Assembly: GCA_963833575.1 (NCBI GenBank)
Contig: CAWHXY010000004.1
Location: forward strand, 1,122,197 to 1,186,196
Direction of reading: 5' to 3'
Origin: Candidatus Bathyarchaeota archaeon
Lineage (GTDB): Archaea > Thermoproteota > Bathyarchaeia > Bathyarchaeales > Bathycorpusculaceae
Length of the DNA stretch: 64,000 nucleotides
How positions within the stretch are numbered: the stretch's first letter is position 1; every line of letters begins with the position of its first letter. The position numbers and the translations under genes were made by a program. Of the stretch, positions 49,600-59,317 are shown piece by piece. The notes below the pieces were generated by a model. It saw only the letters and a list, made by a program, of their open reading frames with translations, ran no database searches and had not been told where the DNA came from.

Positions 49600-50877
49600 T
49601 TGGTTGACATTAGACCCTTCAAAGCCATACAGTACACGCAAAAAGCTGGCAATCTAGAGAACCTAATAAGTCAACCATATGACAAAATAGATTCTGAAAT
49701 GCAGAAAGAATACTATCAGAAATCACCCTACAATTACTGCAGACTAATTCTACCCATTGAAGATAACAAGTATCAAATAGCACAGCAGCGGGTTGAGCAA
49801 TGGCTAAAAGAAGGCATTTTAGCGAAAGAAAAAGACCCTGTAATTTTTGTATCTCGCCAAGAATTCATTCTGAATGGAAAAAAATATGAGCGCACCGGAT
49901 TGATTTCTGCCCTACGTCTCTATGACTACAGTGAAAACATGGTATTTCCACATGAATTCACGTACAAATCACCAAAAATAGACAGATTAAATATGTTACG
50001 CGCGGTCCAGAAAGATCTTGAACCAGTTTTTCTGATTTATTCGGACACTGAAAAGAAAACAATCAATTTCATAGAAGAAGCAACTAAGGCAAAACCCATT
50101 ATCCAAGTTACTGATCCATTACAAGTCAAACATACTATTTGGAAGGTTACCGATAAACAGAAAATAAATCTGTTACAAACTGAACTTAACGGTAAAACCA
50201 TGGTTATTACTGATGGGCATCACAGATATGAGAGTGCATTAATCTACAGAGACGAAATGCGAAACAAAGTAGATTGGACAGAGGATTCAGCATTCAATTT
50301 TCATATGTGCTATATGGTGCCAGTTCAAGAAGAAGGCCTTGTTGTTTTGCCCACGCACAGGCTTCTAAAGAAATTCAAGTTAACTAACGAAATTCTAGAA
50401 GGGTTAAAACGATTTTTCGATGTTACAGAAATCCAGCCGACAATCGAAGCTTTAGACCAATTTTTGAAGAGCCATTTTAATGAGCATGCTTTCAGTGTCT
50501 ACAGCATCGGGAAAGCTTATGGTTTATCTTTGAAGCATAATAAAGATGTGTATAATTTTGTTAACGCCAACGTTTCTAAGGAAACTAAAATTTTCGACGT
50601 TGTAATACTTCGAGATATAGTTTTCAAACATATTTTGAAAACGGGTGAACTGAACATGGAAGAGAACATACTATACGCCCGTTGGACAAAGGAAGCGGTG
50701 GAGAAAGTCAACCTCAGCGAAGCAAGCGTTGCATTTCTAGTTAACCCGATAAACGCCCAAACAGTTGTGGAGATCGCTCAGCAGCATGAATTATTGCCTG
50801 AAAAAAGCACTGATTTTTATCCCAAAATGGCTTCAGGTCTAATGATTATGGCCATTTCACCAAGCGAGAAACTCTAG
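49600..50877 (+). CDS. DUF1015 family protein
   Basis: IRPFKA, PYDKI, PHE.T, ITDGHHRY and PEKSTDFYPK. Confidence 0.88.
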   Translation: MVDIRPFKAIQYTQKAGNLENLISQPYDKIDSEMQKEYYQKSPYNYCRLILPIEDNKYQIAQQRVEQWLKEGILAKEKDPVIFVSRQEFILNGKKYERTGLISALRLYDYSENMVFPHEFTYKSPKIDRLNMLRAVQKDLEPVFLIYSDTEKKTINFIEEATKAKPIIQVTDPLQVKHTIWKVTDKQKINLLQTELNGKTMVITDGHHRYESALIYRDEMRNKVDWTEDSAFNFHMCYMVPVQEEGLVVLPTHRLLKKFKLTNEILEGLKRFFDVTEIQPTIEALDQFLKSHFNEHAFSVYSIGKAYGLSLKHNKDVYNFVNANVSKETKIFDVVILRDIVFKHILKTGELNMEENILYARWTKEAVEKVNLSEASVAFLVNPINAQTVVEIAQQHELLPEKSTDFYPKMASGLMIMAISPSEKL

Positions 50878-50959
50878 CCAATTTTTCCTCAAGGAAAATA
50901 TTATAAGCGCTAAATTATAAAAAAGAAAGCCAACACAAAAAGAGCGGAGATAGAATAAA

Positions 50960-51721
50960 ATGGGCGAAATGGAAAAAACAATAAACATTATTCCAGAACC
51001 ACCGGCGGCAGTGGCTGAGACAATTTCTCCAATTAAGAAATACATAGCTGAACTAATTGGAACAATGGTGTTAGTGCTGATGGGCTGCGGAAGCGCAGTT
51101 ATTGCAGGTCAAATCCTTGGAGTACAATATGCTTACGTGGGTATCGCTCTTGCTTTCGGTCTTGCCGTGCTAACGATGGTATATGCGATAGGCGGAATTT
51201 CTGGATGTCACATAAATCCCGCAATTTCAATATCGATGTTTGTAGCTGGAAAATTAACAGCAAAAGATACAATATTCTACGTTGTCTTCCAATCTATTGG
51301 CGCCATAATAGGAGCAGGAATACTTTACTCGATAGCTCTTGGTAACCCACTTTACAGATTAGCTAATGGGCTTGGACAAAATGGATATGGAACTGCTTCT
51401 ATAGGTGGCTACTCTTTGACTGCCGTATTGATAGCTGAAATCGTTCTCACCTTCATATTCGTTCTTGTAGTTCACGGTTCAACTAGTGAAAGAGCACCTA
51501 AAGGATTCGCTGGAATATCAATCGGTTTAAGTTTAGTGCTTATTCACCTTGTGGCAATACCTATAGATGGAACATCAGTAAACCCTGCAAGAAGTCTTGG
51601 ACCTGCGCTCTTTGCCGGTAGCATAGCACCCTACACAGCATTAAGTCAGCTTTGGGTCTTTTGGGTAGCACCAATAATTGGTGGAATCATCGCTGCCATC
51701 GTCTGGAGAATCTTTAAGTAA
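50960..51721 (+). CDS. aqpZ: Aquaporin (MIP family)
   Basis: SGCHINPA and SVNPARS motifs. Confidence 0.9.
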   Translation: MGEMEKTINIIPEPPAAVAETISPIKKYIAELIGTMVLVLMGCGSAVIAGQILGVQYAYVGIALAFGLAVLTMVYAIGGISGCHINPAISISMFVAGKLTAKDTIFYVVFQSIGAIIGAGILYSIALGNPLYRLANGLGQNGYGTASIGGYSLTAVLIAEIVLTFIFVLVVHGSTSERAPKGFAGISIGLSLVLIHLVAIPIDGTSVNPARSLGPALFAGSIAPYTALSQLWVFWVAPIIGGIIAAIVWRIFK

Positions 51722-51773
51722 ACCAAAAAAATATACAAATTTTTCTTTTTTTTATTTTAAAATAAATATCTAA

Positions 51774-51920
51774 TTATTTAATGAATTTAGTGGCATGTCT
51801 CTTGAATCTTTTCTTGCATACAAGACTGCAGAAATGATAGGTTTCACCCTCGTAGGTGATTTTGAATTTAGCAGTATCCTCGTTAAGAACCATTCCGCAA
51901 ACCGGATCTCTAAACGACAT
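51774..51920 (-). CDS. YHS/TRASH-domain metal-binding microprotein (48 aa), not in the ORF track
   Basis: MSFRDPVCGMVLNEDTAKFKITYEGETYHFCSLVCKKRFKRHATKFIK*. Confidence 0.85.
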   Translation of the reverse strand: MSFRDPVCGMVLNEDTAKFKITYEGETYHFCSLVCKKRFKRHATKFIK

Positions 51921-52194
51921 TCTTTGTTTTATAGCCTCACTGCAATTATTCTACTTTCTGCCTTTTATGGTTAATGGTAGCAAAAAGTAAAAAAACGATT
52001 TTTGATTGTCGAAAAATATCTTAAAGCTATAAATTTTTCTCCAGAAACAACAGGAACTACTTTTGAAAAATTTTTTCTTACAGATGTATCAATAATAACG
52101 TTTTAGAGAAAATATTGAATCTGTTAGTCAGAAGTTAAAGAAAAATACGCTCATTTCCACTGAACAAAAGTCTAAGTGATGGGTTTAGATTGTA

Positions 52195-52470
52195 TTAATC
52201 ATCTTCTGAGTCTTCTTTGGCCAATTCAACTGAAATTGAATCGTCATGACTGACAGCGTTTTTCCGTGTTTCTTTTTTACCTGGCGGTTCCTGCTCTCTT
52301 CCCTCCATGAAACCTTCTTCAGCAGCAGTAATTTCGTCATCCTCCAACATTGTTTCTCTTTCTTCAGTGTCATATACATCGTCTGTTTCCTCTGCTTTTT
52401 CTTGTTTAGTTAATGGGGGGCCTTCGTAAAAGTAAGGTTGAGGTTTTTTTCTTGATTTTGTTTTGCTCAT
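52195..52470 (-). CDS. Small acidic hypothetical protein
   Basis: DVYDTEERETMLEDDEITAAEEGFMEG segment; basic N-terminus. Confidence 0.7.
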   Translation of the reverse strand: MSKTKSRKKPQPYFYEGPPLTKQEKAEETDDVYDTEERETMLEDDEITAAEEGFMEGREQEPPGKKETRKNAVSHDDSISVELAKEDSEDD

Positions 52471-52834
52471 TTAATTTCCCTGATTTCAAACATTCAAGCA
52501 CTATGTCTTGAACAAGTATATTTCTGACGCCTTTTATGAATATGTGACTGCCCTCATACAGCAACAATTGAAATTCAATTGAGATTGGTTTTTTCTTTTA
52601 AATTACAACAATTTTTTAAATCTATTGTATGGAATGTCTGATTTTTCACACATGTTGCCTTCTTTTGTTGAAAACCAGCTTTTTAGATGTATTGAATTGC
52701 CTGAAATCTTGCTAAAGCTTTTTATACGCCAAAACCACATCGTTCGGATTGTCACAATAACTCATGTATCACACCAAAGCTCCTGAAGCTTTTAGAGAAA
52801 TCATGAACATTCTGTGGCAGGAGAAAAATAGTAT

Positions 52835-53986
52835 ATGCAAATTCAAACATTTCAGGATTTACCATTAACTGGAGAAATCCTAAGAAGTATAAAAGAACTC
52901 GGGTTTGATAGTCTTTTTCCAATTCAAGCCCAAGCAATAATGCCCCTGCTTGAAGGCAAAGATGTAATTGGTCAAGCCCAAACAGGAACAGGAAAAACAG
53001 CTGCTTTCGGTATTCCAATGGTTCAACGGTTAGACCGTGAAATCCGCGGTGTTCAAGGCTTAATTTTAGTGCCAACTCGCGAGCTAGCTGTTCAAGTAGC
53101 CGAAAACATGGCGTGTTTTGCGAAATATGCCCGGGCCAAAGTCTTGGCTGTTTATGGTGGAGAATCCATAAATAAGCAAATCCACGCTTTATCAAACGGT
53201 GTACAAATTGTTGTTGGTACACCCGGCAGATTAATTGACCTTATGGAAAGGCGGGTATTAAATCTCGGATCTGTCAAAATGGTGGTTCTCGATGAAGCAG
53301 ACCGAATGTTAGATATGGGCTTTGTCGAAGACATCGAATTCATCTTATCAAAAACACCACGTGAAAGACAAACAAGTCTTTTTTCAGCAACAATTGAGCA
53401 GTCTGTCATGAGAGTCTGCAACAAATACATGAGAAACCCGCAGAAAATCTTGGTTAGCAAAGACGAAATCGCATTAACACAAATGAAGCAATACTACACA
53501 GTAGTTAATCAAGGTGGCAAGTTTGACACTCTATGCGATATCATTCGCAGTGAAGGAGTCAACAAAGCAATCGTCTTCTGCAGAACCCGTAGAGAAACAA
53601 GTAAACTTTCAGACCAACTGTACAGGAAAGGATATCGAGTACAGGCATTACACGCTGGCTTTACCCAAGCGCAAAGAGACCGAGCAATTAACGACTTCCG
53701 TTCAGACAGACTTAGCCTACTTATTGCAACAGACGTTGCTGCAAGAGGCTTAGACATCGAAGGCATAACACACATAATTAACTATGATGTACCAATGGAT
53801 GCACCAGTATATTTCCACCGAATAGGACGAACCGCTCGTAAAGGAGAAGAAGGAACCGCAATAACATTAGTCAGCTACGGCGAAATGTCAGACTTCAACA
53901 ACATCAAAGCCTTGACAAAAACAAAGATTGAAGAAATTAGGTCAACAATAGTCACCGACGATTCACCAATCAAGAGCTTCTTTTAA
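52835..53986 (+). CDS. DEAD-box RNA helicase
   Basis: Q motif, AQTGTGKT, PTRELA, DEAD, SAT, ARGLD and HRIGRTAR. Confidence 0.96.
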   Translation: MQIQTFQDLPLTGEILRSIKELGFDSLFPIQAQAIMPLLEGKDVIGQAQTGTGKTAAFGIPMVQRLDREIRGVQGLILVPTRELAVQVAENMACFAKYARAKVLAVYGGESINKQIHALSNGVQIVVGTPGRLIDLMERRVLNLGSVKMVVLDEADRMLDMGFVEDIEFILSKTPRERQTSLFSATIEQSVMRVCNKYMRNPQKILVSKDEIALTQMKQYYTVVNQGGKFDTLCDIIRSEGVNKAIVFCRTRRETSKLSDQLYRKGYRVQALHAGFTQAQRDRAINDFRSDRLSLLIATDVAARGLDIEGITHIINYDVPMDAPVYFHRIGRTARKGEEGTAITLVSYGEMSDFNNIKALTKTKIEEIRSTIVTDDSPIKSFF

Positions 53987-54246
53987 GAAAATAAATAGAA
54001 GCTTCTTTTTCTTTTTTGAAAAGAATACAAATAAACAAAAACTCTTGCTTATTTTTAGATAGTTCAATTTTTGACGATGCGCTTTATTTTGTCTTGTATA
54101 CGACAACTTGTTAAGATAAAAAATAAATAAAAATGTGTAGCAGAAAGTATCTAAACTCACTTATCTGAATCACTCTAAAACTTCTTTAAAGGTAATAGTT
54201 ATCAGAACATCTTTATTAGCCAGTCCAACATAACTCACTAACCTGA

Positions 54247-54528
54247 ATGGTGATATTTTTGACCCAAACACTACATGGAAGAATAACAAATTACAGAACA
54301 GGTCCAAAATCGCAAACGTCCAAAGAATGCTTAGTCGAATTTGAAACAGTTAACTCGATAGCCACAGCATGCAAACTTGTGGGCCAAAAGGTATCCTGGA
54401 AAAATGGCAAAGGCAAGATGCTTGGAAAAATCAGGGGACCACACGGCAAAAACGGCATGGTTCGAGTAAGATTTCCACACGGAGTTCCAGGCCAAGCGCT
54501 CGGAACGATTGTCGAATTAATCGGTTAA
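54247..54528 (+). CDS. rpl35ae: 50S ribosomal protein L35Ae (eL33)
   Basis: NYRTGPKSQ and GKIRGPHGKNGMVRVRF..PGQALG. Confidence 0.92.
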   Translation: MVIFLTQTLHGRITNYRTGPKSQTSKECLVEFETVNSIATACKLVGQKVSWKNGKGKMLGKIRGPHGKNGMVRVRFPHGVPGQALGTIVELIG

Positions 54529-54609
54529 TTTCTTTTAAAATAGTTTAAAAAAATCTCTTAAATGTTGAAAACGAATTTTTCAGGTTACGGTTGAGAAAGA
54601 CTTTGGCGT

Positions 54610-54780
54610 TCATAGTTCGCCGAAATCTTTAGTTTCGTAAACGTAATCTTCCAACCGAATTTTGCCATCTTTAATTTGTACCGTGTAGTCTGCTTCACAA
54701 ATTGGACAAGCCACTATATCGTCCTGTTTAACGTCATCTTTTTTGAAAGTATTTCCACATTCTGAACATTTTAAGATAAT
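54610..54780 (-). CDS. LysW-like zinc-ribbon protein (56 aa) with apparent ATT start; not in the ORF track
   Basis: IILKCSECG...DIVACPICEADY...YETKDFGEL*; SD-like GGGGCTGA 4 nt before ATT; in-frame TAA upstream and no ATG/GTG/TTG before the first CxxC. Confidence 0.65.
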   Translation of the reverse strand: MILKCSECGNTFKKDDVKQDDIVACPICEADYTVQIKDGKIRLEDYVYETKDFGEL

Positions 54781-54796
54781 GTTTTCAGCCCCTTCT

Positions 54797-55102
54797 CTAC
54801 ATTTTTAAGTAATTGTGTGCTCTGAGCCAATCTGACTGGTTCTTACGGTAACGCCAAAAGATGTCTCCCCTAGTTTCCGTTTGAAAATCCCATGGCGACA
54901 CTAAAACGACGTCTCCTTCTCTGATCCACACACGCCTTTTTAGTTTGCCCCTGACTCTGCATAATCGTTCTTTACCATCTTGACATTTAACCGTAATTCT
55001 TTCAGCGCCGAGCATCTTAATAGCCACACCTAATACGTCATTTGAAGACGGTAAAACCATGCTATCGAGGTTGCCCTCATTTGTAATTTTTCTTTTACCC
55101 AT
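54797..55102 (-). CDS. eif1a: Translation initiation factor aIF1A
   Basis: CQDGKERLCRVRGKLKRRVWIREGDVVLVSPWDFQ; start placed at ATG 55102. Confidence 0.95.
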   Translation of the reverse strand: MGKRKITNEGNLDSMVLPSSNDVLGVAIKMLGAERITVKCQDGKERLCRVRGKLKRRVWIREGDVVLVSPWDFQTETRGDIFWRYRKNQSDWLRAHNYLKM

Positions 55103-55481
55103 TTTTTCAACTTCCAATTTGGCTTTCGCCAAAATTTATAATCAGAATAGTTCGAGAAAAAGTGAAAGCGACTATTTGATCTAACTCTTCCCCTAAGAAT
55201 CCCAATAATTGAAATAAGAAGGAGGTGCCAACTATATTAATATACTAATTCAGAAAGCCTTTTTTCTCCATGGTTTTCCATAATTGTTCTATTTCTGAGG
55301 CGATAATTCAGAAAAAATCAAAAACTTCTTTTGTTTAGGTAAAAAAGTCTCTTTTCTCATCTATGTGTTTATAAGGGCGCAAGCTCCATCGGATAGTTGT
55401 TGAAGAGTCTCTTTTATCCTTTGGGACTAACCTATCTGCATAACGGATTCTTTTCAAAAATCAATATAGAGGTAAATAAAT

Positions 55482-55619
55482 TTGTGTATGTTAAGAGCAG
55501 GATTAGTAAAAAACTGTCGAAGATGCAAATCATCCGTTCGACTAAATTGCGTTTATAGAAAGAAAGTAAGGCAAAAATCTTTTTCCGATAATAAGAAAAA
55601 GGGCGAAAAGTCTCCTTAG
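55482..55619 (+). CDS. Putative basic Cys-containing microprotein (45 aa)
   Basis: SD gaggt then TTG; MCMLRAGLVKNCRRCKSSVRLNCVYRKK... Confidence 0.35.
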   Translation: MCMLRAGLVKNCRRCKSSVRLNCVYRKKVRQKSFSDNKKKGEKSP

Positions 55620-55657
55620 TTTTTTTCCGTAAAAAATAAGTTAATAGAGGTGAAAAT

Positions 55658-55849
55658 ATGTCTCAACGAACTCTTCATGAAGCAAAATGTTCAGTCTGTA
55701 ATCAAGTAGCAGTTGTGCCTTTCAAGCCCACTCCAGGTAAACCAGTTTACTGCAAAACATGCTTTTCCAAACGATTAACCGGTCAAACCACTACGACAGA
55801 TGCGAACCACAATTTTGAACCCAAACAGGCTTGGGCAAGGAGAAGATAA
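55658..55849 (+). CDS. CxxC-x17-CxxC zinc-ribbon protein
   Basis: CSVC..VPFKPTPGKPVYCKTCF; SD gaggtga. Confidence 0.88.
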   Translation: MSQRTLHEAKCSVCNQVAVVPFKPTPGKPVYCKTCFSKRLTGQTTTTDANHNFEPKQAWARRR

Positions 55850-55879
55850 TTCAAACATCTATTCCCATTATCCTAACAG

Positions 55880-56140
55880 TTGGTTGAATGTGAAACATTG
55901 AAGTTAATTAAAGGCTGGAAAAAAATAAGCAACGAAGGCGGCTATGTGAACGAAACCACAGGGCAAACTTTGATCATTTCAAAGAAAGAATTCAGCCAAA
56001 GCTACCATGTGCTCCTATTTGTTGGAGAGCAAACTAGTAAAGAGGAAAGTAAAACGATTTCGCCTGATTTTCGTACTGAGGCAAAAGCTGAAGTTTTCGC
56101 TATTAACTGGATGGGGAAACATCCAGACGGAATGATTTAA
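55880..56140 (+). CDS. Hypothetical protein
   Basis: 86-aa ORF ending WMGKHPDG. Confidence 0.6.
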   Translation: MVECETLKLIKGWKKISNEGGYVNETTGQTLIISKKEFSQSYHVLLFVGEQTSKEESKTISPDFRTEAKAEVFAINWMGKHPDGMI

Positions 56141-56356
56141 TCACTTATAATTTTTAACTTAAAGCTTTGAACCTAATTTTGTGAAATCTGAGTTATCGGC
56201 TTTGTGATTACTCTTTTGCCCAGTTATCCATCAACAAAGCGGTTTACGTTCATTAAGTTTTTCAAAGATTGATGCTTGATTTATATGCGACTTGTTATCC
56301 ATTATACTTAGTTGTAATTAATAATTTTTTACAACTGGCAAGAAAGGAGAAATTCA

Positions 56357-56494
56357 ATGTATAATAATTACAAAAATGTATTTGGCGAAAACTATAAGTG
56401 CAGATTATGTTCAGCACATTTCAAAAATCCTGAAGAACTTAGAATCCATAGAATGGTTAACCACAAAGGTCATATGCTTACTATCAAACGCTAA
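56357..56494 (+). CDS. Single C2H2 zinc-finger microprotein (45 aa), not in the ORF track
   Basis: SD aggag; YKCRLCSAHFKNPEELRIHRMVNH fits the classical Y-x-C-x2-C-x3-F-x5-L-x2-H-x4-H pattern. Confidence 0.8.
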   Translation: MYNNYKNVFGENYKCRLCSAHFKNPEELRIHRMVNHKGHMLTIKR

Positions 56495-56803
56495 AACAGA
56501 GAACTATTTCTATTGGTATCAATTCTAATTTTTACAGTTTAAGAAAATAGGCAATCATTTTTGGTCACCTGTAATTCGTTTGAATCAAAGAGCAGCGATA
56601 GGTTTGAGGCCTTCATCGAACCCTCAAGAAGGGCTTGAATGTTACCTATTGGTTCTTTCAAATTAACGTTGGACTTACTCTTGCAAATATGAAAAATTGA
56701 AGGCAAATGTTTAGTCAAGAAAGTTTGACTAAGTGTAGGTCAAGAAATCTTGACGAAAACGCTTTTACATTAAAAAAATCAGAAGGTCCACTGGAGATAA
56801 ACA

Positions 56804-57790
56804 ATGGCCAATGTTCTTCTGTTAACGAGAAAAACTGAAAACAATCACGACTTGTCTGAAAAAATAAAATCGTTTGACGCAGAATGCAAAAAATGCACTC
56901 CAATAACGCCCTTGGAATGTATTAGTCGATGCCAAGTTTACAAATTAAAAAATGAGCTCAGAACACTGCGCCAAATGATGGGCACTCCAAACTATGTTAA
57001 AGATCTCTTTAACGTCTTAAAAAATGGGACAAGACTCCAAATTCTTCAGTCAATCGCTGACGGTAGATATTCTGTAAGCGGCCTTCAACAAGAACTTAAG
57101 AAAACTGGTCATAGACACAGTCAAGATAACATCAACAAAGAATACCTGCGTCCTCTAATGGCAGTGGGGTTAGCAACTGAAGCCCAAGAGGAGTATTATG
57201 CTACAACTTTCGGCGGACGTTTAACTGACGAACTTCGGTGTTTCCCGGAATTCGCCGAAAAGCTGCCGGCTCAGTCAGAATGCCATGAAGAAACTCTTTT
57301 AGAATTCTTGCTTTCGGGACCCAAAACTTCTGAAGAAATTGAATTAGTCATCTCGCCAAAGATCGCTTCACGAATCCTCAAACGCCTTCGCTCAACCCGT
57401 CTAATAGAAACTCCAAAAGCGAGGGATTACGTGTTTTTCTTTAGGTCAAAAAGAGATGCGAACAAAGAAACCCTTACAATCACTGAACAAAAAATTTGCG
57501 ATGTAGTTGATTGTGAAGGAATTTCCGCTGGAAATCTTGCCGAGAAAACAGGGCTTTCCTTGAGAAGAACCTACAAGTACCTGAAGCGCTTGAGAGGCAG
57601 AAAACTGGTGTTCATAAGAAGAACACCGAAAACCTACAACTTAACTTGCAAAGGAAAAAAGTTAGCCTCAGTATTGATAGAACTCCAGCAAATAGTTGAA
57701 GACACATGGAATTCTTCTAAACAAGTCACTCAGAACACCCCCGCTATATTAAATGTGCAAGGTTTGTCAGACCAACCATTTATCCGCTAG
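56804..57790 (+). CDS. Multi-winged-helix protein with an N-terminal four-Cys cluster
   Basis: CKKC..ECISRC, ArsR-like RLQILQSI..VSGLQQEL and further HTHs (LAEKTGLSLRRTYKYLKRL...YNLTCKG). Confidence 0.7.
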   Translation: MANVLLLTRKTENNHDLSEKIKSFDAECKKCTPITPLECISRCQVYKLKNELRTLRQMMGTPNYVKDLFNVLKNGTRLQILQSIADGRYSVSGLQQELKKTGHRHSQDNINKEYLRPLMAVGLATEAQEEYYATTFGGRLTDELRCFPEFAEKLPAQSECHEETLLEFLLSGPKTSEEIELVISPKIASRILKRLRSTRLIETPKARDYVFFFRSKRDANKETLTITEQKICDVVDCEGISAGNLAEKTGLSLRRTYKYLKRLRGRKLVFIRRTPKTYNLTCKGKKLASVLIELQQIVEDTWNSSKQVTQNTPAILNVQGLSDQPFIR

Positions 57791-57890
57791 GACTGTTGGA
57801 TTCGTAAAATTGAGGGTCACTCAAAAGACGGTACATTTGCCCCTTTTGGAGGCTGTACCTTTCAGTGTAATGCTCTTTTTTCTTATTTTT

Positions 57891-57965
57891 TATGTTATGT
57901 TATGTTATGTTATGTTATGTTATGTTATGTTATGTTATGTTATGTTATGTTATGTTATGTTATGT
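57891..57965. repeat. Perfect pentanucleotide microsatellite (TATGT)15
   Basis: Read directly from the sequence; overlaps the stop of the minus-strand ORF 57955..58359. Confidence 0.95.
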
Positions 57966-58359
57966 ATTCGGAGGATTTATTAGAGCTTGGCGAATTTGGA
58001 TTCTGATTTGTCAATTCCGGTATTGCTTCTTGGTTGTCTGCTTGCATTGCTGTTTTTTGCAGTTGCTCAATAAGTCTCTTATAGAACACGTCAGTAAATT
58101 GATCGACAACTGCTTCATCTTTGAGTTCTGAACCCATAATGTATTTTGCCAGAATGCCGTTAACTTCATTTTTCACTATGGTTATTTGGCAGCTATCTTT
58201 TTTCATTGAACAGAATAGTTTATGTCCAAGTTCTATGAAAAAGTTGACCATCGTAGTATAGTCCACGTCTATTGGAGCTTCGGCGTCATTTAGGAATAAT
58301 CCTCTGGCTAATTGAACTTTTTTATCGTTTTCAGCTGTTATTGTTAAACTTCTACGCAT
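57955..58359 (-). CDS. Hypothetical protein, possible ribbon-helix-helix-like N-terminus
   Basis: Strong SD gaggtga; MRRSLTIT strand followed by helices. Confidence 0.65.
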   Translation of the reverse strand: MRRSLTITAENDKKVQLARGLFLNDAEAPIDVDYTTMVNFFIELGHKLFCSMKKDSCQITIVKNEVNGILAKYIMGSELKDEAVVDQFTDVFYKRLIEQLQKTAMQADNQEAIPELTNQNPNSPSSNKSSEYIT

Positions 58360-58616
58360 TTACTCACCTCTGCTTAAGTGTTGTTGTACCACAGCACGGC
58401 TGCGTCTGACTTATATTCTTTCCCAAAACTTTTCTTACTTTTCCCAACAAAAGACAATGTCTCATTCAAACCGAATCTTAATTTTCATTGACGACAAATC
58501 GAAATAAAACAAAAGTGATCTCCGTCCACCCAAGCCGAGTTAGAGGAAATACAAGAAGAAAAAAGATCAGGCTAAAGGCAGACAAGTTTCAACCCCCATT
58601 TGCCTATCCCGGGCTC

Positions 58617-58838
58617 TCACCATATTATCTGGTTTATTTCAAGTTGTCTGCGTATAACCTGGAATGGTATGTCCCAGCCAGTCAGATGAAAAATTAATTC
58701 TTTAAAGTCTGGTAAATTCATACTCGTTTTTTCTTGCTCTTTGATAGAGTTATAAATTGTGGCTAGTGGATATGCTTCTACATTAGGCAAAGAGTTTCTT
58801 ACTTTCTTCGCTAGACATGCCAATTCTTCAGTTTTCAT
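58617..58838 (-). CDS. Small hypothetical protein
   Basis: SD ggagg before ATG (MKTEELACL...). Confidence 0.5.
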   Translation of the reverse strand: MKTEELACLAKKVRNSLPNVEAYPLATIYNSIKEQEKTSMNLPDFKELIFHLTGWDIPFQVIRRQLEINQIIW

Positions 58839-59317
58839 TGTTTTTTTCCTCCAAATAGCGCCTGCTTTTCTGCACACTTTAGAAGGGCATCTTGATTTAT
58901 TTTATAGTTTTTTGAAAAGTTCAATAACGTTAATTGTCAACTTTGATCAATTTTTGCAAATTCAGCTTAACAAAGTGAATGAAGTCTAGCGAATTTGATA
59001 TTTTGGATGTTAGCATGAATTCTTGCGCTGAAAACTTAAAATCTCGCTGCCGAATCTCTATAATGTTGCCTACCATTTTTAAGCTCTAGGTATTAGAAAG
59101 GTCTCATAAATTTCGGGATTGACCAAGTTTCATACTTCTTTCTGTTACCGCAAGTCTTTATATAAAATAATTCAAAGACATTTTCAGAAAGAAAAAAAGC
59201 TCTTTTGTGGTTAATTTATGAAGAAACTTTCGTTTGCTTTGGCAGAAACCATAAATACTTTAATTAATTCGCAGATGGATTCTTTCAGATTTGCTTTGAA
59301 CTGGATGTTGGCATAGA

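Noticed and set aside
52030-52170. Possible ORB/origin motifs in AT-rich DNA
   Set aside because: Only weak partial matches, not repeated, and no cdc6/orc1 gene nearby
57753-58131. Plus-strand ORFs containing (VMLCY)n
   Set aside because: Translation artefacts of the TATGT microsatellite, antisense to a better ORF
58568-58615. Hairpin sharing 11 nt (cctatcccggg) with the queT leader
   Set aside because: The rest of the architecture is absent; it looks like a terminator-type hairpin followed by a T-run
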